A stretch of DNA of 64,000 nt from Vermamoeba vermiformis (taxonomy: Eukaryota): the NCBI GenBank assembly GCA_045837725.1, contig JBEWZL010000302.1:434001-498000 (forward strand), given 5' to 3'. Shown one piece after another: positions 12,104-25,650 of the stretch. Each line of letters opens with the position of its first letter. The first letter of the stretch is position 1. A program made the position numbers and the translations under genes. A model generated the notes under the pieces. That model ran no database searches and was not told the origin of the DNA. It saw only the letters and a program-made list of their open reading frames with translations.

Positions 12104-15079
12104 ATGGAAGCAACAACAGGTTGCGATATATTAAACCGAGTCCCTAGTGATTTGTTAGCAGCGGAGATCTTGCCGTGGTTAACTTACGGACAACTCAACA
12201 AAGTTACAAGAGTCTCAAAGCAGTTCGCCGCCATATTGAAGAAGACAGGTTCATTTTCTATTGATACCTTTCAGTAAGTACTGTTACATCGTAACTCATT
12301 TTAGTCTTTACAAAAATTAAATTTAATTTTTTTAAATTATAATACCATCGCTATAGCTTCGTAACTACAACCATACGTTCTATGAATTAATGAAATTGAT
12401 CTAAAATATTTTTAGCGAGGGTTGGCTAGATCGAACTCGTGTACAAGAGCACATTGGCCGTTGTCGATATTTAATGCTCAGCGGAGGCGATGTAAAATTA
12501 TTAGAGCATTTAGCAAGCTTAAATCAGGTAGGTTAATCTGAAAGCGAGATACTCATTGAATTCGTACTAAATGAGATTTCAGAATCACCTCGAAAGGTTG
12601 GATGTGCGTTACTTGAACGGCAATGACGACTCTTTCGTACAACTAATAGCCACGATCATTAAGAACAATATGCATCATTCCTTAAAATCGTTGAGAGTGC
12701 CGGCAATCAACTTTAAAAAGATTGTCGCTGATAATGTGATCTGCCCGTCAGTCCACTCCTTAATCATTCGTAGGTCAATATATCGATCAACGAACATAGT
12801 AATAACGTATTATAGGCAATACGAGCTACAGCGAAGTACCAATTGAAACAACGGACATTCTTAAAGTTTTTCCATCGCTGAAACGACTCGAACTCTTGGA
12901 GAGTCCTAACGTCGATCTTTACAAGTACTTGTGCGAGCATATTGACACTCCTTTGGAACACGTAAGTCATTGTCATAGCCCTTTCTTTGAAATTACCATT
13001 TTTGGAAATTGTTATGTTTCACTTTTTAATTTCAGCCATTGTTGTCTAATTTATTTATTCTTTATAATTGATCATCGTATCCAGTGAAGCAATTGTTAAA
13101 ATCTATGATATTATTACTAGGTCTTTTTTACGAGCTACGACTCTGAAAGGTTTTCCGGAGCCAGCATCACCGCTGAACTCAAAAGTCTCGAGATCTATTT
13201 GAGTATTCCGCAGACAAAAAAAGAAATGTTGATGAATTTGAGCCAGAATTTGACGCGGTTGAAAGTGGATCTGGGGTACAACGAAGGATTTAAGTTACCG
13301 AAATTAAAAAATCTCGAGTGGCTTGAGATAAACTCAGGTAAATAATACTTACTATATTTGGAAATGTCACAATAATAACGTGATATTTTCATTTAGAGGA
13401 TGACGCTGTTTGCAAATTGATTGAAAATGCAAAAAATCTCACGCACTTGACGGCCAACAAAAAGCTCATTGTAAGCACTAGGACTATAATATTGCTATTA
13501 TTATAATACTAATTAAAGATGATAGGCGACCTCGAAATTGCCGCCATCACTAAAATCGATTGAGTCGAGACTGAACGAGAAAGATTTCAAAGCCGAAGTT
13601 TTCACGAAATTGCCTAATTTGGAAAGTCTAACGTTATTCGATTTTGGATCGACATTTTGGACGATGAAGAAAGGCAGTCTATCGACTTCGTTGAAGAAAC
13701 TTCAAATCGAATGTTACATCAACGAATGGAATCCAACGATGAATAGTTTTGTTAATTTGACGCACTTTTCGCTCACTGGATCTCACGAGCTGAAAAAAAT
13801 TCCGAGTCAATTCTTCAAAAACTGCACCAAATTGACGCACTTTTCGGTCGAGGTAGTACCTTGATATTTTTATCACCAGGCCCATTTAATTAATTCAACT
13901 CTTTTTAGAAATGCGGAATTACTTCGATTTCACGAAAGGTCAGGCACTTGAAGGATTTGGAAGTGTTTAAAGTCAAGTACGTTCACATCAATAACCATAT
14001 TTGGCAATTACCACGAATTCTAATCTTGATGTATTATCGAAGGGGCTGCAAATTGACGTCGATCCCCGAAGGCCTTAAAGAGCTGCCACACCTTCGCGTG
14101 CTCGATCTGCGCAACAATCCGTTCACACTCGAAGCAGTGCCACTGACACTGCCAGTCAAAACAGTGCTGTTCACTGATCGCGAGTGGATTCAACTCATTC
14201 AACAGTACCTCGTGGCACTGTCCAATGCCAAGCCCAAGACCGGTGGTGTCATTCAATACGTCCAGTCGTTCTTTGAAAAGTCACCTGCACCAAGTACGTA
14301 CTTCAACTATTGTTTTTTTGTTCGTCAATAATACTAATAATATGATGTTGCAGCTGTGGCACAAATGATGAAAATGCCGTGCTTGTCTTCGAGACTCAAA
14401 TTGGAAGAAGGAAGATTGGCCCGTGTGGTAAGAAAAAAGGAGCTGTCGTCTTCTGAAATTGACCAATCAGCGACGAGCTTATGAAATTTCGTTCTTATTT
14501 TTGCCTAGCTCATAATTTCATCAATTAACCAATATCTCCTAATTATTTTGCTGACTCCACTTTGCAGCTGTTGCACGCATTCAAAGTGAAAGGCGTGGAG
14601 TTAGAGGCGGGTGACGATGACTCTGATTACCTCGCCGGAGCACTGATGCGCAAAAGATTCTCCAACGACTACTCAGGCGAAGACACGGAGAGAATTGCAC
14701 TACAGGCCAAGTATCACGACAAAGCTACGAATGTCGGAATAATTCTGTTCAATGAATTCAATGCGCGACAAGATAGTCACGACAAGCTCCGATTGGTCCG
14801 AGTCGAAGCGAAGAGCAACAGAATCAAGACCTATGCTTTGGAAGTCTCTGATGCCAGCAATAATGACGGGGGTTGGTTTTCGCGCGCTGTGTGGAAATTG
14901 CAAGGCTACATCCACGGTACGTAGAACAGATTTATCGATATTTCCCTTAATTATAATATTATTCCTATTAGTATAATAATATGCGATACTAAATGTCATA
15001 TTGCTGTTTAGAGTTTAAGGATTTGAAGGTCACTGAAAAAGAATCGAAGTACATCCGCAGCGTTGTAGAGCCGAAATAA
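12104..15079 (+). CDS. F-box + LRR protein with an uncharacterised C-terminal domain (paralog A)
   Basis: F-box 'LNRVPSDLLAAEILPWLTYGQLNKVTRVSKQF'. LRRs 'LTSIPEGLKELPHLRVLDLRNNPF'. C-terminal 'GDDDSDYLAGALMR...VGIILFNE...SRAVWKLQGYIH'. Stop 15077-15079. Confidence 0.8.
14052..14211 (+). repeat. 160-bp near-identical direct repeat, copy 1 (copy 2 at 19457-19616)
   Basis: Manual ungapped alignment shows 7 mismatches in 160 bp. Confidence 0.9.
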
Positions 15080-15321
15080 GTCAGCGCAATGATTAATATT
15101 TACCAATAGTATTATAAACAAATATTCTTTGCTTTTTTACTTAATTTTGGGTTTTTAGCCGGGTTCCTTGGCAGATGTGTTACAGTCTCAGTTAATCTTC
15201 GATTATATTTACTTTAGGAGGATTCCGTTTTATTAATATAGTATAGTATAAACCCGGGCTACCTTTTTGTGGTGCTTCGGAGTTGATTTAATTTATTTTA
15301 CTTTTTCTGTTGACGAACACA

Positions 15322-17225
15322 ATGGGCAACGAGAACAGTCAGCCAGACCAGCAAAATAATAACAATAATAACGCGCCTAATCCTGTAGCTGAAACTGCTC
15401 GTAATCTATTTGATAAGATTGCAAGTATTTTCAAGGACGAAGACGAACAACAAGCAAATCCAGATGCGCCACAACCGCGACAAAGTATCAGGCTTTGGCC
15501 AACGAGAACTGGCCCGTTCCCCGATGAAAATTGGATGGAATTATTTGAGTCTCTGCCATTAGAGATTTTATATTCGATTTTCTATTATTTAGAATTGAAT
15601 TTTAAAAACGTGATCAGGTAAGGAGGAATTCTATTTGGCTTCGTGCAGTAGTTATGATTTTAATAATTTTATAGAATATTAAATATTTATAAATTTAAGG
15701 CGCCGAAAGTAATCAATTTATTTACATACAAGATTTTTCTCGTGCTACATCCGGATCTAACTCCCTTTAATTTAGTATTCGCCTAGTATCTAAGAGATGG
15801 AGCGACTATATATTTTCAAGAATTCCTATGGACCTTGACGCTAGTTTTATTTCCTTCAAACGCTTGTCTTTCTTGCCGCTCATCTCTGGCTTGAAAGTTG
15901 CCGGTTTTGGATTGAACACTGCAGCATTACAAGATATAATGAATATTACTAGTCTCGAGAAGCTGCATATTAGCCACGATAAGTGTATGTAACGATTTGA
16001 TTTGGAATTGCGCATTTTCGGATCTTGGATCGAATTCTAAATTTTGTTCTTGTTTAGCTGGAGAAGTAACTCCCAACGCATATGCCAAGCTATATAAATT
16101 GGAAAACTTGCGCGATCTTGCGTTAGTTAATCTGCATAGCTTGCCGTCTCAGCTGGATTTGGCCGCGTTTGAAAGTTTAACAAAGTTAGAACTGTCTGGA
16201 CTTAATGCGACACTGAAGATTAAAAATTTACATAAGCTAACTAGGCTAAAAATACTCATGTAAGTTCAAATAGAGCTTTTTCGATAATTTTTGGATGTGG
16301 ATTTGACTTTTTTTCATAGAGGCGATCAGAATATATTGCCATTAGAAGAAATTGGTAGTCTTGCTAGTTTAGAATACTTGCATTTAATTCGTATGTCGAA
16401 TCGAAACGGTCTGAATGGCGATCAGCTCGGTTTGGAACGCCTGAAAAATTTGAAGACGTTGAAATTAGCTGGCGATGAAAGTCACGTGCACATCCCTGAT
16501 GACTTTTATAGCTATATATTGCAAGTACAACAACTATCACTTACGAAGATGAGATTGCCTAAACAGGCAAGTTTGTCAATTCTCGCTAATCTCAAGCAGC
16601 TCATATTATACGAAGTGCAAAATATCAACCAAGACGAGTTATTGTTATTGCCTAATTTGGAAATATTGAAGATTTCGTTCGATCTTTCCAGCGCCGAGTC
16701 AGCAAAATTGGATTTTAAGCCAGAATTGACAGAAAAATGCCACAAATTGCGCGAATTAGTGCTGGCGAGCGCTACTTTCGCTGAGACGTCCTGCAAAGCA
16801 ATCACAAAGTTTCCTAATTTGGAATACTTATCCGTCCCGTCCTCTCAAAACCTCAGCGTGCAGCAAGTCTATGATTTCGCAGGCATGCAAGGCTTAAGAA
16901 CGCTCAATCTGTCGTACAATGTTGCCACTTATTGGGTCACAGCGCAATTTTATGCGGATGTGGTGGCGAGAGCCAAGACGTTGCGCACTGTTTATTTGAT
17001 TGGATTCCCTGAATATCTGCTCGGCAAACAAGATTATATTGTTAATTTCATTCACTCACGATAATCAATAATTAATAAACTCTCGTTACAGCCAACGCAA
17101 TCGAAAAAATTTGAAGTGTACCGGATTCAGATCAAAAAAAATGTCGATCTGTAAGTATTTTCTATTCTAACCCTGCTACTACTAACAATGAGTCATTCAG
17201 GTTGATTAACGTACGGCATTCGTAG
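15322..17225 (+). CDS. F-box + LRR protein with a candidate N-myristoylation start (MGNENS)
   Basis: MGxxxS start; F-box-like 'FESLPLEILYSIFYYL'; LRR exons at 15997-16263 and 16291-17064; final exon ends ...NVRHS* at 17225. Confidence 0.75.
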
Positions 17226-17321
17226 CAGTTATTCTTGCCAGGGAAAACAATCCAGAAAAGCACGTGATTTATCAGTTTCTTAAAATCAGGTTTAGTTTCT
17301 TTTTAATGCAATTACGCGAAG

Positions 17322-20300
17322 ATGAGCCAACAAACAGAGAATTTGTTCCACAGACTCCCAAATGATATGTTAGCACGAGAGATCTTGCCTTTGTTATCGT
17401 TCGGACAACTCGCGAAAGTTGCAAGAGTCTCAAAGCAGTTTGCAAGCGTCGTTAAAAATACTGGACCATTTTCTGTTAACTTATTTAGGTAAGAGCGCAC
17501 ATTTGACGATTTTGTAGTCTTTACAAATTCAAACTTAAATTTAATTAATCTCAAAAATGTTGTATCGTTGTCAAATGGTTAAAATAATATTTTTTGGCCA
17601 ATATAATTAATTGGAAATTTTTTTCCAGCGAAAGCTGGCTCGATCGAGATCGCGTTCATTACTTGGAACGGTGCCGTTATCTCACGCTCAGCCGCCGTGA
17701 TCTTAATATCCTAGAGCATTTAGCGAGTATGAAACAGGTAAAAAATAAAATTTTGCCTAGGCGACGTCAGCATCAAATTTAATTTTTTTTCCGTAGCTAC
17801 AACTCGAAGAATTGGATGTGCAGTACGTTGAGGCCTCTGACAGCACTATTTTCGCTCAACATATAGCTACTATACTTAAGAACAATACGACTCACGCTCT
17901 TAAAGTTCTTAAACTCCCTGTAACGGACTTTAAAGTGCTTTTGTCCGAGAACGTTATCTGCCCTTCAGTTTATTATTTGAGCATCCGTAAGCGATTACAT
18001 AAGTATATATAGTGTATTATATTAATAGGAATGATATTTAGGTAACGATCATGTAAAAAGCCCTCAAATTTCAACAGCGGATGTACTCAAAATTTTTCCT
18101 TCACTGAAGCGAATCAGCATTGACAAGTCAGTGCCGATAGACTTTTACAAGTATTTATGCGCGCACAGTGATACGAAATTGGAACATGTAAGTACTCTAA
18201 GGACTTGAATTTTCATGCAGATCAGATCTCGAGCTGAACCTACCCTTTCGTTCCATATTGAAGTTAGACTAATAGAATTGCATTTAATAATTCATTTTTA
18301 TGTTCGCTGTATTGTGAGTGAAATAACCAGTCATTGCAGTTCTCTTACGTATGACCATCGTTACCTATTGATTGACGGATCCAATTCCTTTTTACAGGTG
18401 GACCTGGCGTGCGATCAACTAGTCGCCGATGACAGCTGCGTGAAAACACCGCTCAAAAGTCTCTCGTTGAAAGGCTCGTTCGGGCCGAGTAATATTGTGC
18501 AAAAATTCAATACGACGAACATGAAGCACTTGGAGCTTGTGCTAGGATTAGGCGACGAGGCTACTTCTTTGCCTAATTTGGAAAATTTCGAGTCGTTGAC
18601 GTTGTTGTCAGGTACGCACATGATGATAATACCAAATAAGGAAATTACGTAATTCAAAGCGGATTCATCCTCAAACCAAATTTTATGATTTGTATCTTAA
18701 TTATTTGATTATTTTATCAACGGTAATTTCGTTTAGACATTGATGAGGAATCGGCTCAGCTCCTTGAAAAAGGAACGCAATTAAAGCATTTAGAGATGTC
18801 ATGGTATCTACAAGTACGTAGAATAATTAATGTACAAATTAGTATAATTCTCAAAACAGGTGTTTGAAACAGCACTGAAATTTCCGCAAAGTTTAAAATC
18901 ATTGACGGTTGCACTTAACGACGAAGAATTTGATGTGTCATGTATAACGACATTGCCTAATTTGGAAAGTTTGCAAATCTATCGCGAGGCCCTCCCGTTT
19001 TGGAACGCAACTAAACCGAGTTTTGCGACAACCCTGCAAAGACTTCATCTGCAAAGCGATGATGAAATTGGGGCGTGGAGTCCGGTCATGAACGAGTTTG
19101 TCAATTTAACGCATTTAACGTTGGAGATGCAGTTGAATGAGATCCCCGCTGAATTCTTCAAAATTTGCACCAAAATCACGCATTTGTCATTAGAGGTAAG
19201 AAATATTCTTCATTTAATCTTTGCACGAATTCTATCCCCTAAAAAACATCGTTCGGAATTCGCTTTTGTAGTAATTCTGCTTTACTAATAATTTTTTAAA
19301 GTTGTGTGAAAATTTGACAACAATTCCGTCAGAATTAAGTTTGTTGACTAATTTGGAACTGTTCCAAGCCAAGTACGTAAAAACCACCGATCTATCTGAA
19401 AATACACCAAAACAAGTTATACTAGAATAACTTAATTTTTTTCACAGAAACTGTGGATTGACGTCGATCCCCGAAAGCCTTAAAGACTTGCCACACCTTC
19501 GCGTGCTCGATCTGCGCAACAATCCGTTCACACTCGATTCAGTGCCACTGACACTGCCAGTCAAAACAGCGCTGTTCACTGATCGCGAGTGGATTCAGCT
19601 CATTCAACAGTACCTCAGGGATAATACTAAATTACCGAGTAAGTCAAATTATTAACTGAATTAGTTTTTTTTCAAACGGATCTGGATCCAGATGGGTCCG
19701 TCTTAAAAACTCACAATTCAATTGATATGATTGTACTATAATTAAGTATTTACGATTGTTTCTATTTGATTGGTGTTATTCTAATTATTTCTGTATTATA
19801 GCGGTGGCACAGATGTTAAAATTGCCGTTCTTGACGACGTACCACCAGTTAGAACAAACCGGACGATTGACTCGAGTGGTATGCCCATTGATATTAATAC
19901 TAACAGATAAATCCAATCAATATGATAATAGATTTTTCTGTCCGGATCTGGGCTTGGATCCGGATTTGCTCAATATTCTTTTCACGTAAATTTCTGCTAA
20001 ATTAATTGATTTAAACGTTCGAAAATTGTTACTGAACACTAATACTTGCCTATATATAGTTATTACACTCGTTCAATATACCGGGTGTCACATTAGAACC
20101 AGGCGACGACGATTCAAATTATTTGTCCGGCGCTGTGATGCGCATGCGAAGATTTGCTCATGACAACGATGATCCAACAGAATTGCCTTATTTGGCAAAA
20201 GACGTTACTGTCGGAATAATTCTGTTTCATGAATACTACGAGCGGGAGAGCTCGTATGGAAGAATGCGATTGGTCCGCGTCGAATCTGATGGCTTAAATA

Positions 20301-20560
20301 AGATCACGACCTATTCATTTAGCGTGACTAATAAAAAGGGAGGCATTGGCTGGTCTTCGCGCGCTGTTTGGGAATTTAAGGGCCACATCCACGGTACGAA
20401 AAAATATATTTTTACAACGATTATTTTTGCTGGCATATCAATATAATTTAGATATTATTTAGTAAACTAATACATATTTATTATATGAGTAGAATTTGAA
20501 GGGTCTAATGGAACAGAAAAAGAGAAAAAACACATCAGATCCATCGTCGAAGGAAAATAA
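17322..20560 (+). CDS. F-box + LRR protein with an uncharacterised C-terminal domain (paralog B of 12104-15079)
   Basis: F-box 'FHRLPNDMLAREILPLLSFGQLAKVARVSKQF'. Exon order matches paralog A. C-terminal 'GDDDSNYLSGAVMR...VGIILFHE...SRAVWEFKGHIH'. TAA at 20558-20560. Confidence 0.8.
19457..19616 (+). repeat. 160-bp near-identical direct repeat, copy 2
   Basis: Matches 14052-14211 with 7 mismatches. Confidence 0.9.
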
Positions 20561-20625
20561 GCTTTTGTGCAGTGAACATTGTCGTTAAAATTATGTATAG
20601 TTATTGTATATGAAGCAATATAGTA

Positions 20626-23600
20626 TTATTTGGTGAAAGGAAAGTGAGGAGGAATTAACGGATCTCCAGTTCTGCGGTAGAATAAAAGTTGGTCCGATTG
20701 AGGGTCGTACAATAGCGCTGCCTTGTCAATACCGTCTTTCATCTTCTTTTGAACGTAATTAAGTAACGCTATAACTTTCTTCATGGCTGCCACCATTTTC
20801 TGAAGTAAAAATCAGATCCGAAATTCTGAGAAAAATTAACTAAAATACAATTGGCCTTACCGCAACGTCTACATGTGGTTCAAGTGACGCTAAAGTTTCT
20901 TCGATTACTTTGGTGACTTGAAGGCTCCTTTTGCGTTGTCCCAAGTATTTCGATTCTTTCAAGCCAAAAGCGAAATGATTAATTCCAGCGATGAATGATT
21001 GGAAATAGATCGAATTATATTCCATCCTATTAATATATTTTCATCAGTTCATTAATCTAATGATAATGGTTCATACTTCAATTTTGGATCGCTCAAGTTA
21101 AATCTGTCTTTCATGATTGATTTTAGAGCAATGTATTCTAATTGCTCCTGTTGCTTGCTATGCACGACAAAAGCCACATCGGACTTGTTGAATATCTCTT
21201 TGTTGTCTTTAATCGATGCTCCCTTCAATTGCGTTGTAATTGCATCATCGGAGTTTTTCGTTGACATTTGGCCGTCAACTTCGTACCGCATTAACACCCT
21301 GCGAATAAGTTAATCCATAAATCGTATATAGTTATACCTATTCTTACTTGTTATTGCCAAGATCAAATGAGCCGATGATATGGTACGCTACTTGACTGGG
21401 CTTACGCAAGCATTTTCGCTCGAACAACCACCTGCCATAGAAAATAAATTCTATAAAATTAAGAATATTGCCAGTCAATCAGTTCTCCTTACGCCGAAGA
21501 ATGAGTGTTCGCATCTGCTTCAGACTGCTGTTCATCGCATCGACCTAACACTAAGCAGCCGTCATACAGTTCCACGTCAATGCGACATAATTTCGTGCCT
21601 TCTTGCATGGCCCACGATAACAGTTTGCGCAAGTTATTCCGATCCGTCAAAATGTCATAATCGGCGAGCTAAAAGATCAAACAGTGTCAGTTTGATTTTG
21701 ACAGGTGTCACATGGTCTGATTTTCAAATTTACCGAGAAATCCTTAATGAGAGTTTGACAAGCGATCAACATTGGCTCGTACGGGTGCTTGAACAGAGCC
21801 TTATTGACATCGGCATGAGGTACGTCATTGTCACGACCAGTAGGCGAGATGTCAAACGGTACGTTAGGTTTATTGTACACTGCCTGCAATAAAATTAATA
21901 ATGCATATCAATTGACGGCCGAAAAATCTTTGCGTGACACGTGTCAACGGAAATGTCACTTATTTAATACTCACCGGCGATGCAGGGATGACTACGTATG
22001 GTTTAGATGTTGAAAAGTTTGTTTGATATGAAGCGATCTGCTTTGGGCGATGAGTCTTGGAATCAAAGTCGATCTTGGCGACATCCAGATCTTTTTCTGA
22101 AATCAGAAGCGGCTCCTTCAGCTAATTAATTAACATTAGCATAATTATTATAATCGAGTATTAGAGACTTACGCCTTGCTTAAATTTTACTCGATCTGCC
22201 TCGTACTGGCTTTCCTGATCTTCAATTAGCTCTTGGAGTAGGGCCTTGGCGTCGTTAATATTTTGCAAATTATTCGAATATGAAATAATTTCTGCGATGC
22301 CTTCAGGTTTGAAATTAATACGGCATTTCAAAGGACCAAAACTTTTTGTTTCGTAGATCAGCTTGCGCCTTAAATAAGGAGGATATTTAATGCTATAGTT
22401 ATGTTCCATCGCTAAGTGGGTATTATAAAAATTAACATTTTCTATTATTGACGGAGAATTTATGCAATGATGAGCACGCCGTGTTGAATCCAACACGTTT
22501 GACCAAAGTTTGACCGAAGAATTGTTTGGAATTTCATGATTAACACCAAAAATATCCGAATCCACTTAATCAATATTGCATGATAACTGGATTTGAAGAA
22601 TTTTTGAAATGGTCGATAATTTTTATAAATTTGTAATATTGAATTGCGGTTCAATGAGTTGCAAAGTGACTTCCCAATTGATAGTACCGTTATTATCGAC
22701 GTATTTAGGCCTTGCATCAATACCGTCGTGGTGTAGCGCTGAACCAAGCCAGTCTTCTGCTGCATCGTTCATTTGACCGCGGAAATAATCGTTGCGGATC
22801 CACGTCAACCATGTATTGCTTGGCTGATTATAGGTGAATACTTGCGAACCATCTATATAATATTATGATTAATACAATCGAGGCTCATAAAGATTTTAAA
22901 TTTTCAAGATCGTGATCTGAATCCGGATGTGGCTTACCGAAAGTAACGTCCCGTGGAAATTCGTAACTAGTATTATCTGGTAATTGAACGATTTTCAAGT
23001 TCTTCATACGAAGCAAGAAATTGGCAAAGAACTTAGTTGGACTTGATCGATTGTTGTTATAGCTTTCTTTGTCTTCTTCATCCGCCTCTTTTGTCAACAT
23101 AATGAAACTGACCGCATTTGATGCCCATACGAGTGACAATTTCCTAATTAGGCAATAAAAATTGTCAAAACGTTATCGGATCAAGATAATCTGATAAAAT
23201 TTATTCTAAGAGTTTCTATTGCATTGAATTATTTATCTAGATTGTTGATATATATTGAACTGTATCCTTATCATACGTACCAATTTCTATTGTTCACTTG
23301 GAAAGTCGACGAAACAGATCGGATCTTGCCGCTCAAAAATTTATCGAATTTTTTGAAAGCCAACGGCACCGTACGCAAGGTATAGCGTAATGTTGCGAGA
23401 CTAGTGTTCATTTCCTTATATGGATTGGTCTCCTTTTGCTCCTTATCCACAAAAAAGTTCAAATGAAAGCATTGTAACGAACCTAAGAAAAATTAACAAT
23501 TTATTTCCCGTAAAAACGTGTTACTTTTTAACTTACTCTCGTTATAATTATCGAATTTGCAGTACTCTTCTATGTATTTGTGAATGTCCTTGTTCTTTTC

Positions 23601-25650
23601 TGGATTAAAATTCTGCGGTTCCGGGCCACGCCTTAAGTTTTCGTTAAACAAAATTAGTAATATATAACTTATGGTTATCACTAGCGTACCCCCAACTGAG
23701 TTGGTCACTCGTTCTTGTCTCTTCTGAGTACCGATGTGCTTCGCGGATTGAATCAGCCGGCAAGGTCAAGTTTTGAGCCCTAAATTTATGTGTCAATAAT
23801 TTCTTTCTTGGAAACAGTGATATTACCGTTTATAGTAATCTTTGACCCAAGCTGGTGGATTCGGCAAATAGTCGCATAACCTTTGGTACTCGGTTTTGTT
23901 CCAACACTTCAGGAAACACCGCTTCATAATGGTTATACCACGAGTCCATCGTGCTATTACAAAAAGAAATCAGATACTTAAACGAATTTGACACGTGAAA
24001 AAATACGGAGTGACACGTGTCAAATGTCAAGATGTCAAGCATGGAAGGACTTACTTGGCCAATGATGGAATTCACTCTCACGGTTTAAGCCAAAATCTTC
24101 CTTTCCGAATGAAATTCTGAGCAATGCGATCTTATTCAAGCACATCAATTCGATCAGTTGACGTGTGCTCGGGTGAATATTTGCATCTATTTCCTCCTCC
24201 GAATCTAAATGTGTCGTTAATATCATCACAAAATAGTACTATTATTGTGCTATGTAATATATTATTATTGCTTACTGAACGAGCCGTGACCATGAACGCG
24301 GAGATGCAGCGGAGATGCAATGTTGTAGCCTCGAAAGTGATACTTGGCAAGTCTTTCCCAACGCAGTTTTGGTCCGAACTTGGTGCTGCTGTCGAGTATA
24401 TTAGATCCATAAGTCGATCCAAATATGAATCTGTATAGTAATCGTTAGAAAGTGTTGAAAAGTAGTGCATGCAAAAAGTACCTTGGAATTGTCAACACTG
24501 TCTGGCCATTAAATCCAACTGCAGATATCGTCAATACTTATTAATGCATCTATTGTTAATATGAATCTTACTCGAACACGAGTTCATGTCAGAGGCTAAT
24601 AAAATTTCCAACGGTGACACGTAAGTACTGCAAAAAAAATTGTCAGATCCGTTGTCATAACGGAGGCAACGGGTATACCTGAGAATAATTTGAATATTTC
24701 TGAAGCTTGAACTAGCGACTAATGTGATGGTATTTGCTGTTTTGAAAATTCCGATCGGCTCGCCCCAAGCTTTCAAGATCGATCTGTAAATTTCTTCAAC
24801 TTTCGCTTGTGATTGCTCTTTTGTCAGTCCATATAAGTAAATATCGATATCAGATGCATGGTATTGGCCGTATCTGCCGAACGAGTGTGGATTGTGTTGG
24901 GTCTCGTGTCGAAGAGATCCAAGGACTATGCCACCAACAACAAGAACGTTATTCCAATTTAAATATCGTAAACAACCATTATTTGCCATTTCATGAAAGT
25001 AATTCATGAACGCATCTCGATCGTAGAACTGGTATTGGAAACAAGTTGGTCCGAGATACGATTGCACGAGGGCCTGTTTGAGCTACAATTTCTCCCGTTA
25101 GAATACTCAATACTATTTGATATTTTGTACCTGATCAGTAGGTGCCAAGTGCTTCGTATTCAATAAAGGAATGATCTTCTTGTCTGCAAACACATCGATA
25201 ATAAGTGACTGTTCCAAGTAGGCGAGCAAAGGGTTTGTCGGATCTTTCCAATACAAGTAACGAAGCATATCTTCTTCTTGCTTGATACTACAACAATGTG
25301 TCGCATTATTAAACCATTAATTGATATTCACATTAAGGTTCGTACCTTGCGGCAATGACAAGCGGATCCAGCATCCAAACTTGGTCTTTGTAAATACATT
25401 TAAGCGTCGTAAAAGAGAGCTGCGAAATGATTTTGGCTTGAACGTCTTCTGGCAATAATTTAACGCACTTTTGAAAATAGTCTACAACTCGATCAGGTGT
25501 GGAATCCAAACTTGCAACAACAGATTTGACACTGGCAAGAAGGTTTCCTTTCTTCTTACGCTCGTTCACAGGATCGCTCGTAGCTTCGTTCATCCAAGCA
25601 CATATTGTACCAATGCAAAGCGAAGATAATGAAGGAGGCGAGTTTTCCAT
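20626..25650 (-). CDS. Large multi-exon protein: Pol-beta-fold nucleotidyltransferase-like domain fused to a C-terminal DXO/Rai1-like nuclease domain
   Basis: NTase motifs: 'LNWNNVLVVGGIVLGSL...SDIDIYLYGL...TANTITL...RNIQIILR...SPLEILLASD...ERLAKYHFRGY'. DXO-like motifs: 'IASYQ...YVVIPASP', 'DILTDRNNLRKLL', 'CRIDV', 'LMRYEVDG', 'IALKS', 'IYFQSFIAGINHFAFG'. Exons can be joined in frame through GT-AG introns; the join at ~22565-22687 is the least secure. Confidence 0.7.

Noticed and set aside
22560-22625. Two in-frame TAA codons between same-frame ORFs, suggesting TAA reassignment
   Set aside because: A phase-compatible intron (GTACTA...TTAAG, ~22687-22565) removes both, and TAA is the normal stop in most genes here.
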